Shown in pieces: positions 49,740 through 59,331 of a stretch of 64,000 nucleotides of DNA. The stretch is from Gammaproteobacteria bacterium. GTDB taxonomy: Bacteria > Pseudomonadota > Gammaproteobacteria > JAJFKG01. The first letter of the stretch is position 1; every line of letters starts with the position of its first letter. The notes under the pieces were generated by a model. It had not been told where the DNA came from, did no database searches, and worked only from the letters and a program-made list of their open reading frames with translations. Made by a program: the position numbers and the translations under genes. The stretch spans positions 717,067 to 781,066 of the forward strand of contig OZ220716.1 of the NCBI GenBank assembly GCA_965116795.1, given 5' to 3'.

Positions 49740-51131
49740 ATGACGAATTTAAATGTTTTTTCTCCGTACGATGGTCATTTAATTAAAGGTATTGAATTAT
49801 TAACTGAATCACAAGTTGAGTCTGCATTAGCTACAGCGTATGCCACATTTACTGATCGTAGTCAGTGGTTATCTATCCCCGAGCGCATTGCTATTTTAGA
49901 ACGGATGTATGTGTTGTTTACTGAACAGCAAAAAGCATTAGCCAAACAATCTGCGGAAGAAGGTGGCAAGCCGTTAGTCGATTCGTTGATTGAAGCCGAA
50001 CGTGCAGCACAAGGTATTAAAGTCGCGATTGAACATATTAGCCAAATGACGGGTCGGGAAATTCCAATGGGATTAACCAAGGCCAGTGAACAACGCATTG
50101 CATATACCTTGCGTGAACCAGTCGGTGTAGTATTGGCAATCAGCGCATTTAACCACCCGATGAATTTAGTGATTCACCAAGTGATCCCAGCCATCGCTGT
50201 GGGTTGTCCTGTGTTAATTAAACCGGCGAGCACAACACCTTTATCATGTTTTGCTCTTGTTGAATTATTACATGAGGCAGGGTTACCGAAAGCTTGGGCA
50301 CAAGTGATCATGTGTGACAGTAAGGTAGCAGAAAAGTTTGTATCTGATCCGCGCATTAGTTTTTTATCGTTTATTGGCTCTGGTCGTGTTGGTTGGCATT
50401 TGCGATCATTATTACCACCAGGTGTGGGCTGTACATTAGAACACGGTGGTGCTGCCCCAGTCATTGTTACTCAAGATGCAGATATCGATGCAGCGGTGCC
50501 ATTGTTAACAAAAGGTGGTTTTTATCATGCAGGACAAGTGTGTATTTCAGTACAACGTGTTTTTGCACATCAAGATGTCGCAAAACGCTTAGCAAAAGGG
50601 ATGACAAAATTGGCTGAACAGTTAATTGTTGGTGATCCAGTTGATCCAAAAACGGAAGTAGGCCCATTAATTAGTGAGACTGAAGTGGATCGGGTTGCTG
50701 AGTGGGTAGATGAAGCAGTAAATGCTGGTGCAAAGGTATTATGCGGTGGTAAACGGTTATCAAAAACGTGTTATGCGCCGACAATTTTATTGAATCCACC
50801 ATTGGATGCTCGCGTGTGTCGCGAAGAAATTTTTGGGCCGGTTGTGTGTATTAATACCTATCAAGAGTTAGATGATGCAGTGAATGCGGCTAATGTGTTG
50901 CCATTTTCATTTCAATCAGCAGTATTTACCAAGAACATTGATACGGCATTCGATCTAATTAAACGTTTACAAGCTAAAACGGTGTTAATCAATGATCATA
51001 CCGCGTTTCGTGCCGATTGGATGCCATTTGCTGGACGTAAACAATCTGGCTTTAATACCGGTGGCATTCCCTATTCAATGCATGACATGACCCATGAAAA
51101 GATGCTGATCATTAAATCGGATGTGTTGTAG
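49740..51131 (+). CDS. NAD(P)-dependent aldehyde dehydrogenase
   Basis: Catalytic Cys (GQVCIS) and Glu (LEHGGAAP) motifs. 463 aa. 10 nt downstream of the ThDP enzyme, probably an operon. Confidence 0.8.
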   Translation: MTNLNVFSPYDGHLIKGIELLTESQVESALATAYATFTDRSQWLSIPERIAILERMYVLFTEQQKALAKQSAEEGGKPLVDSLIEAERAAQGIKVAIEHISQMTGREIPMGLTKASEQRIAYTLREPVGVVLAISAFNHPMNLVIHQVIPAIAVGCPVLIKPASTTPLSCFALVELLHEAGLPKAWAQVIMCDSKVAEKFVSDPRISFLSFIGSGRVGWHLRSLLPPGVGCTLEHGGAAPVIVTQDADIDAAVPLLTKGGFYHAGQVCISVQRVFAHQDVAKRLAKGMTKLAEQLIVGDPVDPKTEVGPLISETEVDRVAEWVDEAVNAGAKVLCGGKRLSKTCYAPTILLNPPLDARVCREEIFGPVVCINTYQELDDAVNAANVLPFSFQSAVFTKNIDTAFDLIKRLQAKTVLINDHTAFRADWMPFAGRKQSGFNTGGIPYSMHDMTHEKMLIIKSDVL

Positions 51132-51145
51132 CATATTCACGATTT

Positions 51146-51274
51146 TATACTCAAAGCGTTTTAAATTTAGGCGAGGCGGCAAGCTGTCGAACAAAAGGAG
51201 TGTATTGAAATACATGACTTTTGTGAGATCAGCGCAGCCAACAAAGTCCTAAATTTAAAACGCTTTGAGTATAG
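51146..51274. repeat. family-1 intergenic repeat (copy A). Termini TATACTCAAAGCGTTTTAAATTT … AAATTTAAAACGCTTTGAGTATA form a near-perfect 23-bp inverted repeat.
   Basis: Direct comparison with copies B, C and D. Lies between the aldehyde dehydrogenase gene and gap. Confidence 0.7.
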
Positions 51275-51280
51275 ACAGAT

Positions 51281-52303
51281 TCAACTTGCCTGCATTAATG
51301 CCATTGTGGTATCTAACATCCGATTAGAAAACCCCCATTCATTGTCATACCAAGCCAGTACTTTGACAGTGTTGCCAATAACTTTAGTTTGTGTGGCATC
51401 GAATGTAGATGAATTAGGATTATGATTAAAGTCAATCGAGACTAATGGTAATTCGTTATAACCTAGCACAGCGTTTAAATCAGTTTCTGCAGCCTGTTTA
51501 ATCACTTGGTTTACTTCATCAACACTGGTATTGCGCGCAGCGACAAATGTTAAATCAACAACCGAGACATTGATTGTTGGTACTCGAATAGCAAAGCCAT
51601 CTAGTTTGCCAGCTAATTCCGGAATAACCAAGCCAACGGCTTTGGCCGCTCCGGTTGATGTTGGGATTAATGATTGAGTCGCCGAACGTGCACGACGCAA
51701 ATCTTTATGGTGTACATCTGTTAACACTTGATCGTTAGTGTAAGCATGAATTGTATTCATTAATCCAGATACAATGCCGATTTTTTCATGCAATGGTTTG
51801 ACGATTGGTGCTAAACAATTTGTAGTGCACGATGCATTGGAAATGATAGTATCACTACTTTTTAATACCCGATGGTTAACACCATATACAATCGTTGCAT
51901 CAACATCAGTGCCAGCTGGTGCAGAGATAATCACTTTTTTAGCCCCAGCATTGATATGGGCTTGCGATTTATCGCGGCTTGCAAAATGCCCCGTGCATTC
52001 ATATACAACGTCAACATTCATACTACCCCAAGGGATGTCACTTGGATTGCGTTGCGAAAATACACGAATTTTATCGCCATTTATCACTAAATTATCACCA
52101 TCAACACCGACTTCTGCATTAAAGTGTCCGTGTACGGAATCATAACGAGTTAAATGAGCATTAATGTTAATGTCACCTAAATCGTTGATAGCGACAATGT
52201 TAATATCGTTGCGACGTTTATTCTCATACAGTGCGCGTAATATATTACGTCCGATGCGCCCATAACCGTTGATAGCGACGTTGATGGCCATAGTTTCCCT
52301 CAT
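51281..52303 (-). CDS. gap: glyceraldehyde-3-phosphate dehydrogenase (type I; Epd-like alternative not excluded). The likely start is ATG 52291 ([15 protein letters not shown]).
   Basis: [11 protein letters not shown] motif, catalytic [10 protein letters not shown]. Confidence 0.85.
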   Translation of the reverse strand: MRETMAINVAINGYGRIGRNILRALYENKRRNDINIVAINDLGDININAHLTRYDSVHGHFNAEVGVDGDNLVINGDKIRVFSQRNPSDIPWGSMNVDVVYECTGHFASRDKSQAHINAGAKKVIISAPAGTDVDATIVYGVNHRVLKSSDTIISNASCTTNCLAPIVKPLHEKIGIVSGLMNTIHAYTNDQVLTDVHHKDLRRARSATQSLIPTSTGAAKAVGLVIPELAGKLDGFAIRVPTINVSVVDLTFVAARNTSVDEVNQVIKQAAETDLNAVLGYNELPLVSIDFNHNPNSSTFDATQTKVIGNTVKVLAWYDNEWGFSNRMLDTTMALMQAS

Positions 52304-52429
52304 GTTTTGTTGATGAATTTACGATGTTAATTTAGTGTGTGAATTGTAAAACAATTAATACGATTTTTCTATATCAGCGATGGGTAACATTAGTGTATTA
52401 TTATTTAATTGTGTGCACAAAAGCTAATT

Positions 52430-54427
52430 TTACTGCAAACATGCCTCAATAACCGCATCTGTGGTGAGCCCAAGATATTCGAATACTTGCGCTGCAGGTG
52501 CTGATTCACCAAAACGGTTAATGCCAATGATAGTGCCTTGATCACCTACCCAACGGTACCATGATTCTGGACTACCGGCTTCAACGGCAACACGTTTATT
52601 AATAGTGCTAGGTAATACGGTTTCTTGATAATCTTTAGATTGCTGGCTAAATACATCGAGACAAGGCATAGATACCACGCGCACGTTTATATTATGCTGT
52701 TGTTGCAAGCGTGTTTGTGCAGTACATGCTAATGATACTTCTGAACCGGTTGCGATGATGATTGCATCAATGGGTTTGGTTGGCTCACTGTCACGTAACA
52801 CATAACCACCACGACTGATCTGTTTAACTGCATCGTCATCGCGTGCCAGTGTTGGCAAGTTTTGTCGTGATAGTAATAAACAGCTTGGGCCGGTGCGATG
52901 TTCAATACTGTGTTGCCAAGCAACAGCTGTTTCAACACTGTCTGCTGGACGCCAAACATTTACATTTGGGATCAAGCGTAAACTGGCTGTGTGTTCAATT
53001 GGTTGATGTGTTGGTCCATCTTCACCTAATCCAATTGAATCATGTGAATACACTAAAATAGTTTGTATTTGCATTAATGCTGCTAAACGTACAGCATTAC
53101 GTGCGTAGTCGCTAAATACTAAAAATGTCCCAGTATACGGAATGATACTGCCATGCAAACGCAAGCCATTGGCAATTGCTGTCATCGCAAATTCACGCAC
53201 ACCATAGTGAATGTAATTACCACTGTAATCAGTTGCAGTTAATGTACGACATGCCTGCCAATTCGTGCAATTTGATCCGGTTAAGTCAGCTGAACCACCG
53301 ACTAATTCAGGTAAGATCGGTGCAATCGAATTTAAACAATGTTGTGATGCTTTGCGAGTAGCAACCGTTTGTTGCTGTTGTTGTAACTCTGTAACTAATG
53401 TTGTTATTGTTTGTGACCAGGTTTCTGGTAATTCATTGTTAAGTCGCCTGTTTAATTCAGTAGCCAATTTAGGGTGTGTTTGTTGATATGCTGTCAATTG
53501 TTGTTGCCATTGACTAACGTGTTGCTCGCCTTGTTTACGTGCATCCCACGTTTGATAGATATCATCTGGGATCACAAACGGTGGGTGTGGCCAGTTAAGT
53601 TTTTCACGGGTATTTGCAATTTCAGCATCGCCTAATGGCGCACCATGGCTTTTTGCAGTACCAGCAACTGCTGGTGAACCAAATCCGATCACTGTTTTAC
53701 AGCAGATTAAACTGGGTTTATCGCTAACTGCTTTTGCAGCAGTGATCGCTGCGTCAATTGCCTGTGGATCATGACCATCAACATTATCGATAACATGCCA
53801 ATGATACGCTGCAAAACGTTGTGCGGTGTCGTCAGTAAACCAACCGCTGACATCACCATCGATCGAAATACCATTGTCATCCCAAAATACAATTAATTTA
53901 CCTAAACCCAGTGTGCCTGCTAATGAACAGGCTTCGTGAGAGATCCCTTCCATTAAACAACCATCACCTAAAAATGCATACGTGTAATGATCGATAATCT
54001 GAAAATTAGGTTGGTTAAATTGGCTAGCCAAGTGGCGTTCAGCGATTGCCATGCCAACCACGTTGGCGATGCCTTGTCCAAGTGGACCGGTTGTAGTTTC
54101 AACACCGGGGGTGATCCCAAATTCAGGATGGCCAGGTGTTTTAGCGTGCAATTGTCGGAATTGTTTTAAGTCATCAATACTAAGGGGGTAACCCGTTAAA
54201 TGCAGTAATGCGTATTGCAGCATTGAACCGTGACCATTAGATAACACAAACCGATCGCGATTAAACCACTGTGGGTTGTTAGGAGCATGACGTAAATGTT
54301 GATGCCATAATACGGTAGCAATGTCAGCCATACCCAATGGCATGCCTGGATGACCTGAATTGGCTTGTTGTACCGCATCCATACTGAGTGCGCGGATGGC
54401 ATTAGCGAGATCATGGTGATTAGGCAT
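52430..54427 (-). CDS. tkt: transketolase
   Basis: 665 aa. ThDP motif …[13 protein letters not shown]…. The N-terminus [28 protein letters not shown] is the canonical Tkt start. Confidence 0.9.
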   Translation of the reverse strand: MPNHHDLANAIRALSMDAVQQANSGHPGMPLGMADIATVLWHQHLRHAPNNPQWFNRDRFVLSNGHGSMLQYALLHLTGYPLSIDDLKQFRQLHAKTPGHPEFGITPGVETTTGPLGQGIANVVGMAIAERHLASQFNQPNFQIIDHYTYAFLGDGCLMEGISHEACSLAGTLGLGKLIVFWDDNGISIDGDVSGWFTDDTAQRFAAYHWHVIDNVDGHDPQAIDAAITAAKAVSDKPSLICCKTVIGFGSPAVAGTAKSHGAPLGDAEIANTREKLNWPHPPFVIPDDIYQTWDARKQGEQHVSQWQQQLTAYQQTHPKLATELNRRLNNELPETWSQTITTLVTELQQQQQTVATRKASQHCLNSIAPILPELVGGSADLTGSNCTNWQACRTLTATDYSGNYIHYGVREFAMTAIANGLRLHGSIIPYTGTFLVFSDYARNAVRLAALMQIQTILVYSHDSIGLGEDGPTHQPIEHTASLRLIPNVNVWRPADSVETAVAWQHSIEHRTGPSCLLLSRQNLPTLARDDDAVKQISRGGYVLRDSEPTKPIDAIIIATGSEVSLACTAQTRLQQQHNINVRVVSMPCLDVFSQQSKDYQETVLPSTINKRVAVEAGSPESWYRWVGDQGTIIGINRFGESAPAAQVFEYLGLTTDAVIEACLQ

Positions 54428-54439
54428 GTGATTTCCTGT

Positions 54440-54615
54440 AGCTTTTCAGAAAAATAAATTGGATTTTATCATGTCATCTTGAGCTCATCTAGGCGGGTTG
54501 CTCATTCAAAAAATACTCAAAATAGCCCAACTATTCTTCCGCTTTTTTTCAATCGCAACCCGACTACCTAAACCCAATCTGAACGCTAAAATCCAATTTA
54601 TTTTTCTGAAAAGCT
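54440..54615. repeat. MITE-like element with 28-29-bp near-perfect terminal inverted repeats (AGCTTTTCAGAAAAATAAATTGGATTTTA … TAAAATCCAATTTATTTTTCTGAAAAGCT)
   Basis: TIRs read directly at 54440-54468 and 54587-54615. About 118-bp non-coding core. It sits between the divergent tkt and xthA genes. Confidence 0.6.
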
Positions 54616-54742
54616 ATTTTGTTAATAAAAATGACTTGGACTATGGCTCAAAGCGGGCGCTATTTTGGCGTACAATATCCTATAACGCAAATCCTAAATG
54701 ATCCTGATACACTGTATGCTTAGCCACAAGGAGAGTTAATCC

Positions 54743-55522
54743 GTGATTAAACTGGCCACTTGGAACGTCAATTCATTGCGAGTGCGTTTACAACATGTCT
54801 TAGATTGGTTATCAACACATCAACCTGATTGCTTAGTACTGCAAGAAACTAAAACCATTGATGCTGATTTTCCAGCTGCAGCCTTACAAGATGCAGGCTA
54901 CCATGTCACCTATACTGGACAAAAAACGTATAATGGAGTTGCTATTTTAAGCAAACAAATGCCAAGTGATATTGTAATAGACTTACCTGATGTTGAGCCT
55001 AGCCAACGGCGTTTTATCGCCGCTAGCATCGGCACATTGCGCATCATCAATGTGTATGTACCCAATGGTGCAAGTCTTGATTCACCAAAATTTCCATATA
55101 AATTAGATTGGCTGGCTAAATTGGCTGCATATTTACAGCAACAGACCCAACAATACACACACGTTGCTGTCATGGGCGATTTTAATATTGCACCAAGTGA
55201 TACAGATGTCGCACAACCGGAGCGTTGGCAAGGTAGCGTATTAGTCAGTGAACCTGAACGCGATGTGTTTAATGCATTATTAACGGTTGGATTTGCTGAT
55301 CTGTTACAGCAACAAGGTAATGCAACCGGTACCTATAGTTGGTGGGATTACCGTGCTGGGGCATTTCATAAAAATTTAGGATTGCGTATTGACCACATTT
55401 TGGTAACTCCAGCGTTGGCTACCTGTGCCAAGCAATGTGGGGTTGATAAACACCCGCGTACCCTAAAACGCCCTTCGGATCATGCGCCAGTGTGGGCAGA
55501 TTTTGCATTGGATCTGAATTGA
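54743..55522 (+). CDS. xthA: exodeoxyribonuclease III
   Basis: MIKLATWNVNSLRVR… and C-terminal …SDHAPVWADF are hallmark ExoIII/EEP motifs. Confidence 0.9.
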   Translation: MIKLATWNVNSLRVRLQHVLDWLSTHQPDCLVLQETKTIDADFPAAALQDAGYHVTYTGQKTYNGVAILSKQMPSDIVIDLPDVEPSQRRFIAASIGTLRIINVYVPNGASLDSPKFPYKLDWLAKLAAYLQQQTQQYTHVAVMGDFNIAPSDTDVAQPERWQGSVLVSEPERDVFNALLTVGFADLLQQQGNATGTYSWWDYRAGAFHKNLGLRIDHILVTPALATCAKQCGVDKHPRTLKRPSDHAPVWADFALDLN

Positions 55523-55695
55523 ATTATTACCAATATAATCAACAAGTTAATGGTATTATTTTTTTGTTTTCATCATCTTGCGTGCTGTGTAGGTAACCGT
55601 AAGACTGTTATGGTTGCGATGATGGGTAATTTTGGTTACTATCCGCTTCCGTTATTTAGTTACATATTTTGCTCAATGTAGAGGTTTTAGAGATA

Positions 55696-55947
55696 ATGCA
55701 AGCGGACATCCATCCAAATTATGGCGACATCAAGGCGACATGCAGTTGTGGTAACAGCTTTACCACCAGTTCAACGTTGGGCAAAGATTTGCATTTAGAA
55801 GTGTGTTACAAGTGCCATCCATTTTACACTGGTAAGCAGCGTATTGTTGATACTGGTGGTCGAGTTGAATCATTTGCTAAACGTTATGGCCATTTGAAAC
55901 CGAAAAAATCACGTGATGAGTCATCATCAGATGACAGCAATAAATAA
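55696..55947 (+). CDS. rpmE: 50S ribosomal protein L31 (Zn-ribbon type)
   Basis: [20 protein letters not shown]…[13 protein letters not shown] matches the L31 consensus. The track ORF starts at 55669. Confidence 0.85.
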   Translation: MQADIHPNYGDIKATCSCGNSFTTSSTLGKDLHLEVCYKCHPFYTGKQRIVDTGGRVESFAKRYGHLKPKKSRDESSSDDSNK

Positions 55948-55953
55948 TATTTA

Positions 55954-56520
55954 GTGTATTGTTGGCAACCTATTCACACTGAGCTGCAGTATCCATCTCA
56001 TTTACATACCTGTTTTGCTAATAGAGGTTCGATGACAACCTATCTTAAGCAATTAGGACAAGCATTGCAGGTATCGTTACTGTATCAAGGAGTAGCGCAT
56101 ACCGTACCTGATTCACATCGTTATATGGGTGTTTCACCAATTGTTCCCATGTTTGTACGTCACGTTATTTTATTGAGTGATGCACAGCCTGTGTTATTTG
56201 CGCAATGTGTGATGTTAGAAGCCATGTCTCAACAACATGATAGTTGGTTACAACAGTTAGGTGAATACTCAATTGGTGAACAATTATTTCAACGCCCTCA
56301 GTTACAGCGTAGTAACATTGAAGTGGCGCAATTACCGGTGGATTCAAATTATCATCGTATCATGCCAGCTGAGTTGGCAATTAATCATTTGCCGCTTTGG
56401 GCCAGACGCTCACAGTTATATGATGATACAATTCGTGTTGGTGTGATCGAAGTGTGTTTGCCCACGTTGTTAAACCTAAAATCCGCAGTTGGATTGACGA
56501 CGAGAAGGCTTAGTGTGTAG
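55954..56520 (+). CDS. ubiC: chorismate pyruvate-lyase
   Basis: Size (188 aa), an …GSMTTYLKQLG… region colinear with E. coli UbiC …DSMTKRFEQQG…, and position immediately upstream of ubiA. Confidence 0.6.
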   Translation: MYCWQPIHTELQYPSHLHTCFANRGSMTTYLKQLGQALQVSLLYQGVAHTVPDSHRYMGVSPIVPMFVRHVILLSDAQPVLFAQCVMLEAMSQQHDSWLQQLGEYSIGEQLFQRPQLQRSNIEVAQLPVDSNYHRIMPAELAINHLPLWARRSQLYDDTIRVGVIEVCLPTLLNLKSAVGLTTRRLSV

Positions 56521-56660
56521 AAAAATTGATTTTTAAGATTTTTGGCGCAATCGTACTGCCCCCGTACGGTGAGTACAAAAATCTTAAAAATCGGCTTGAG
56601 ATTCTAGGCAATAAGCCTTCGCAGACCGATTCAACTGCGGATTTTAGGTTAAAACGACTG
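56521..56660. repeat. intergenic repeat element (family 2) with an internal palindrome AAGATTTTTG…CAAAAATCTT and the shared motif GCAGACCGATTCAACTGCGGATTTTAGGTT
   Basis: The motif recurs at 47970-48005 (GCAGACCAATTCAACTGCTGAATCTAGGTT) and inverted at 61840-61866. Confidence 0.5.
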
Positions 56661-56677
56661 CAAGTGGATTAATTTTA

Positions 56678-57550
56678 ATGTCATCTTCATTAGTATTATC
56701 ACAGCGTTTATTACGCTATGCGGTATTAGCAAGACTAAATAAACCCATCGGGATTTTGTTATTATTATGGCCAACGTTGTGGGCATTGTGGCTGGCGCAA
56801 CAAGGTATGCCATCTTGGCATTTACTATGGATTTTTTGTTGTGGTGTTGTGGTAATGCGTTCTGCAGGCTGTGTGATCAATGATGTGATTGATCGTAAGC
56901 TTGATCCACACGTGATGCGTACTCAACAACGTCCACTAGCATGTCATGTTGTGCAAGTACGTGAAGCAGTGTGGTTATTCATAGGGTTGTCGTTGTTGGG
57001 CTTGATTCTATTACTACAACTCAATGAGTTAGCAATACGTTGTGGGACTATAGCGCTTGGTTTAATTGTATTGTATCCATTTGCGAAACGTTATACGCAT
57101 TTCCCTCAGGTTATCTTAGGATTGACTTTCTATACTGGGATACCCATTGCATTTGCTGCAACCCTCGGCCATTTTACCCTAATAACGTGGTGGTTATATA
57201 TTATTGCTGGATTATGGGCGTTGATCTACGATACATTTTACGCGATGGTGGATCGAGAAGATGATATAAACGTCGGGATTAAATCAACAGCGGTGTTGTT
57301 TGGCAAATATGACAGATTTACTTTGGGGATATTGCAATTATTGTTGATTGTATTGCTATACCAACTTGGCCAGATTGCACAGTTACATTGGTCGTATAAT
57401 GCTGCTGTAGCAGTGACTGGATTGGTATGTTGTTACCATCAATATTTGATTCGTCAACGGCAACCAGCAGCGTGTTTTCGTGCGTTTTTACATAGCAATT
57501 GGATAGGATTTGTTGTATTAATTGGTATTATCTTTGGATTGTTTCGTTAA
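56678..57550 (+). CDS. ubiA: 4-hydroxybenzoate polyprenyltransferase
   Basis: UbiA prenyltransferase motif NDVIDRKLD and a second Asp-rich motif YDTFYAMVDREDD. 290 aa, polytopic. Confidence 0.9.
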   Translation: MSSSLVLSQRLLRYAVLARLNKPIGILLLLWPTLWALWLAQQGMPSWHLLWIFCCGVVVMRSAGCVINDVIDRKLDPHVMRTQQRPLACHVVQVREAVWLFIGLSLLGLILLLQLNELAIRCGTIALGLIVLYPFAKRYTHFPQVILGLTFYTGIPIAFAATLGHFTLITWWLYIIAGLWALIYDTFYAMVDREDDINVGIKSTAVLFGKYDRFTLGILQLLLIVLLYQLGQIAQLHWSYNAAVAVTGLVCCYHQYLIRQRQPAACFRAFLHSNWIGFVVLIGIIFGLFR

Positions 57551-57560
57551 GAAATGACGA

Positions 57561-57690
57561 TGTATATTCAAAGCGTTTTGAATTTAGGCGAGGCGGTAAG
57601 CCTTCGAATCAACAGGAGTGTATTCAAATACATGACTGTTGTGAGGAAGCGCAGCCAACAAAGCATAAATTTAAAACGCGAAGAGTATAT
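57561..57690. repeat. family-1 intergenic repeat (copy B), about 130 bp, imperfect terminal inverted repeats
   Basis: Shares TCAAAGCGTTTTGAATTTAGGCGAGGCGG…GGAGTGTATT(C/G)AAATACATGAC…AGCGCAGCCAACAAAG…AAATTTAAAACG with copies at 51146-51274, 62127-62288 and, more diverged, 34470-34610. Confidence 0.7.
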
Positions 57691-57773
57691 ATTTGCATTT
57701 GCAAAGAAACTTGATTAAGCTTAGCCGCACTGATTTTCCTGCTTATTCTATTTGATTTTAAAGAGAGGACAAT

Positions 57774-58424
57774 ATGGCAATACGTTTGCAGCAACATGCT
57801 TATCCAGTTATTGACATCATAATTAAAGAAGCAGCTGATGATGTACAAGCCGATGGTGATACGATTAGTTGTCATAAAGGTTGTGATCATTGTTGTCACT
57901 TATTAGTAGAAGTATCGACTGCCGAAGCTAAAGAAATGGCATATTGGTTGTTACAACAACCTGAAGATGCTCGTGCTATGTTTTTGCAACGGATCCAACA
58001 CAATGCTGCTGAGGCAAAAGAATTATTTTTGCAATCTCGTCGTGATAAGCAATATGTTGGACGTGTCTTTGATGATGAAGCAGAAATTTCCGAAGCTACT
58101 CATGATGCTTATTTTTACGATAAAAAACGGCCGTGCCCATTTTTGGCACCAGAAGGACATTGTCTTGCTTATGAAGTACGTCCTAGTGCATGCCGAATGC
58201 ATTTAGTTACTTCACCTGCTGAATTATGTTCAGTTGAAGCTGGTGAAACAGATGATTATGAAATTCCTGATCGTATTGAAGACATGCGTGATGAAATTGC
58301 GCCCATTAACAGTGCTGTTAACGTCGAGCAAGGTTGGGGACAAATGTCGATCATGGTAGAGTTGGCGTTGGCTGATATTGCCCAAGAACAAGCAACCGGT
58401 GTTCCAGAGACTGCAGAAAATTAA
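57774..58424 (+). CDS. YkgJ-family (CxxCxxCC, UPF0153) zinc/iron-chelating domain protein
   Basis: CHKGCDHCCHLL and later CPFL…GHCLAYEVRPSACR cysteine clusters. Confidence 0.65.
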   Translation: MAIRLQQHAYPVIDIIIKEAADDVQADGDTISCHKGCDHCCHLLVEVSTAEAKEMAYWLLQQPEDARAMFLQRIQHNAAEAKELFLQSRRDKQYVGRVFDDEAEISEATHDAYFYDKKRPCPFLAPEGHCLAYEVRPSACRMHLVTSPAELCSVEAGETDDYEIPDRIEDMRDEIAPINSAVNVEQGWGQMSIMVELALADIAQEQATGVPETAEN

Positions 58425-59311
58425 GCGCTAGTTATTTTTTCCACTAAATCTGCAACGCAATAACCTACGTTAGCTTTTTTCGCACGATACATCGCTAAGT
58501 CAGCTTGATGTAGTAACAATTCAGCATTATTACCATCCTTTGGATAGACAGCAATCCCAACGCTAACATTAATTAAAATATCATCACTGCCCAATTGAAA
58601 TGGTGTTGCTAAGGCTACTAATAAACGTTCAGCGACAATGGTTGCTGAATTTACATCAGCAATGTGTGTTAATAGTACGACAAATTCATCACCACCTAAG
58701 CGAGCAACCGTGTCAACATTACGTATACACGTTTGTAACCTTGTTGCTATTGTTTTTAATAACGTATCACCATATTGATGGCCATATTTATCATTAATCA
58801 ATTTAAAGTTGTTGATATCTAACATCAGTAACGCAAATTGTTGTTGATAACGCTGACAGTAAGCAAGTGTTTGTTGTAATCTGTCTTGTAATAACTGACG
58901 ATTTGGTAAACCGGTTAATACATCATGGTTGGCCAATTTAACTAATTTCATTCTAATCTGATGCCGTAAAATAGCACAATCAATGGCATGCATTAGTGTA
59001 TGTGGATTAATATTTTTTTTGATTAAATGATCTTGCGCACCCATTTTTATCATTGATGATACACATGATTCATCATCCTTATCGTTGATAATGATAAGTG
59101 GCATTTCTGGATAATACGTTTGCATATAATGCAGTATTGTTTTATCTGGCTCAATTAACATAGCGTCAGATGACTGTATAGTAACTGTTGTTAATTCAGA
59201 TAGTTTTGTAATGTGAATTAATTTAAAAGTATTACCAGTATTTAGAAAAGTGCTAACTTCTCCAAAATTTTCTGGGTTGTTTGTTATATATAAAATAGTT
59301 TGCATAGACAT
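58421..59311 (-). CDS. diguanylate cyclase: degenerate receiver-like N-terminal domain plus GGDEF domain
   Basis: The GGDEF motif (RLGGDEFVVLL) is intact. The N-terminal about 120 aa has a CheY-like pattern, but the acidic pocket (DD) is replaced (…YITNNPEN…). Confidence 0.8.
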   Translation of the reverse strand: MSMQTILYITNNPENFGEVSTFLNTGNTFKLIHITKLSELTTVTIQSSDAMLIEPDKTILHYMQTYYPEMPLIIINDKDDESCVSSMIKMGAQDHLIKKNINPHTLMHAIDCAILRHQIRMKLVKLANHDVLTGLPNRQLLQDRLQQTLAYCQRYQQQFALLMLDINNFKLINDKYGHQYGDTLLKTIATRLQTCIRNVDTVARLGGDEFVVLLTHIADVNSATIVAERLLVALATPFQLGSDDILINVSVGIAVYPKDGNNAELLLHQADLAMYRAKKANVGYCVADLVEKITSA

Positions 59312-59331
59312 ACCGTTTTTTAGAAGAGGGT

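Noticed and set aside
54498-54701. 67-aa ORF inside the MITE-like element between tkt and xthA
   Set aside because: It lies within a repeat bounded by perfect TIRs and has no RBS. Similar small ORFs appear in the other repeat copies (57499-57714, 62113-62310, 62222-62407) and are artefacts of the repeats.
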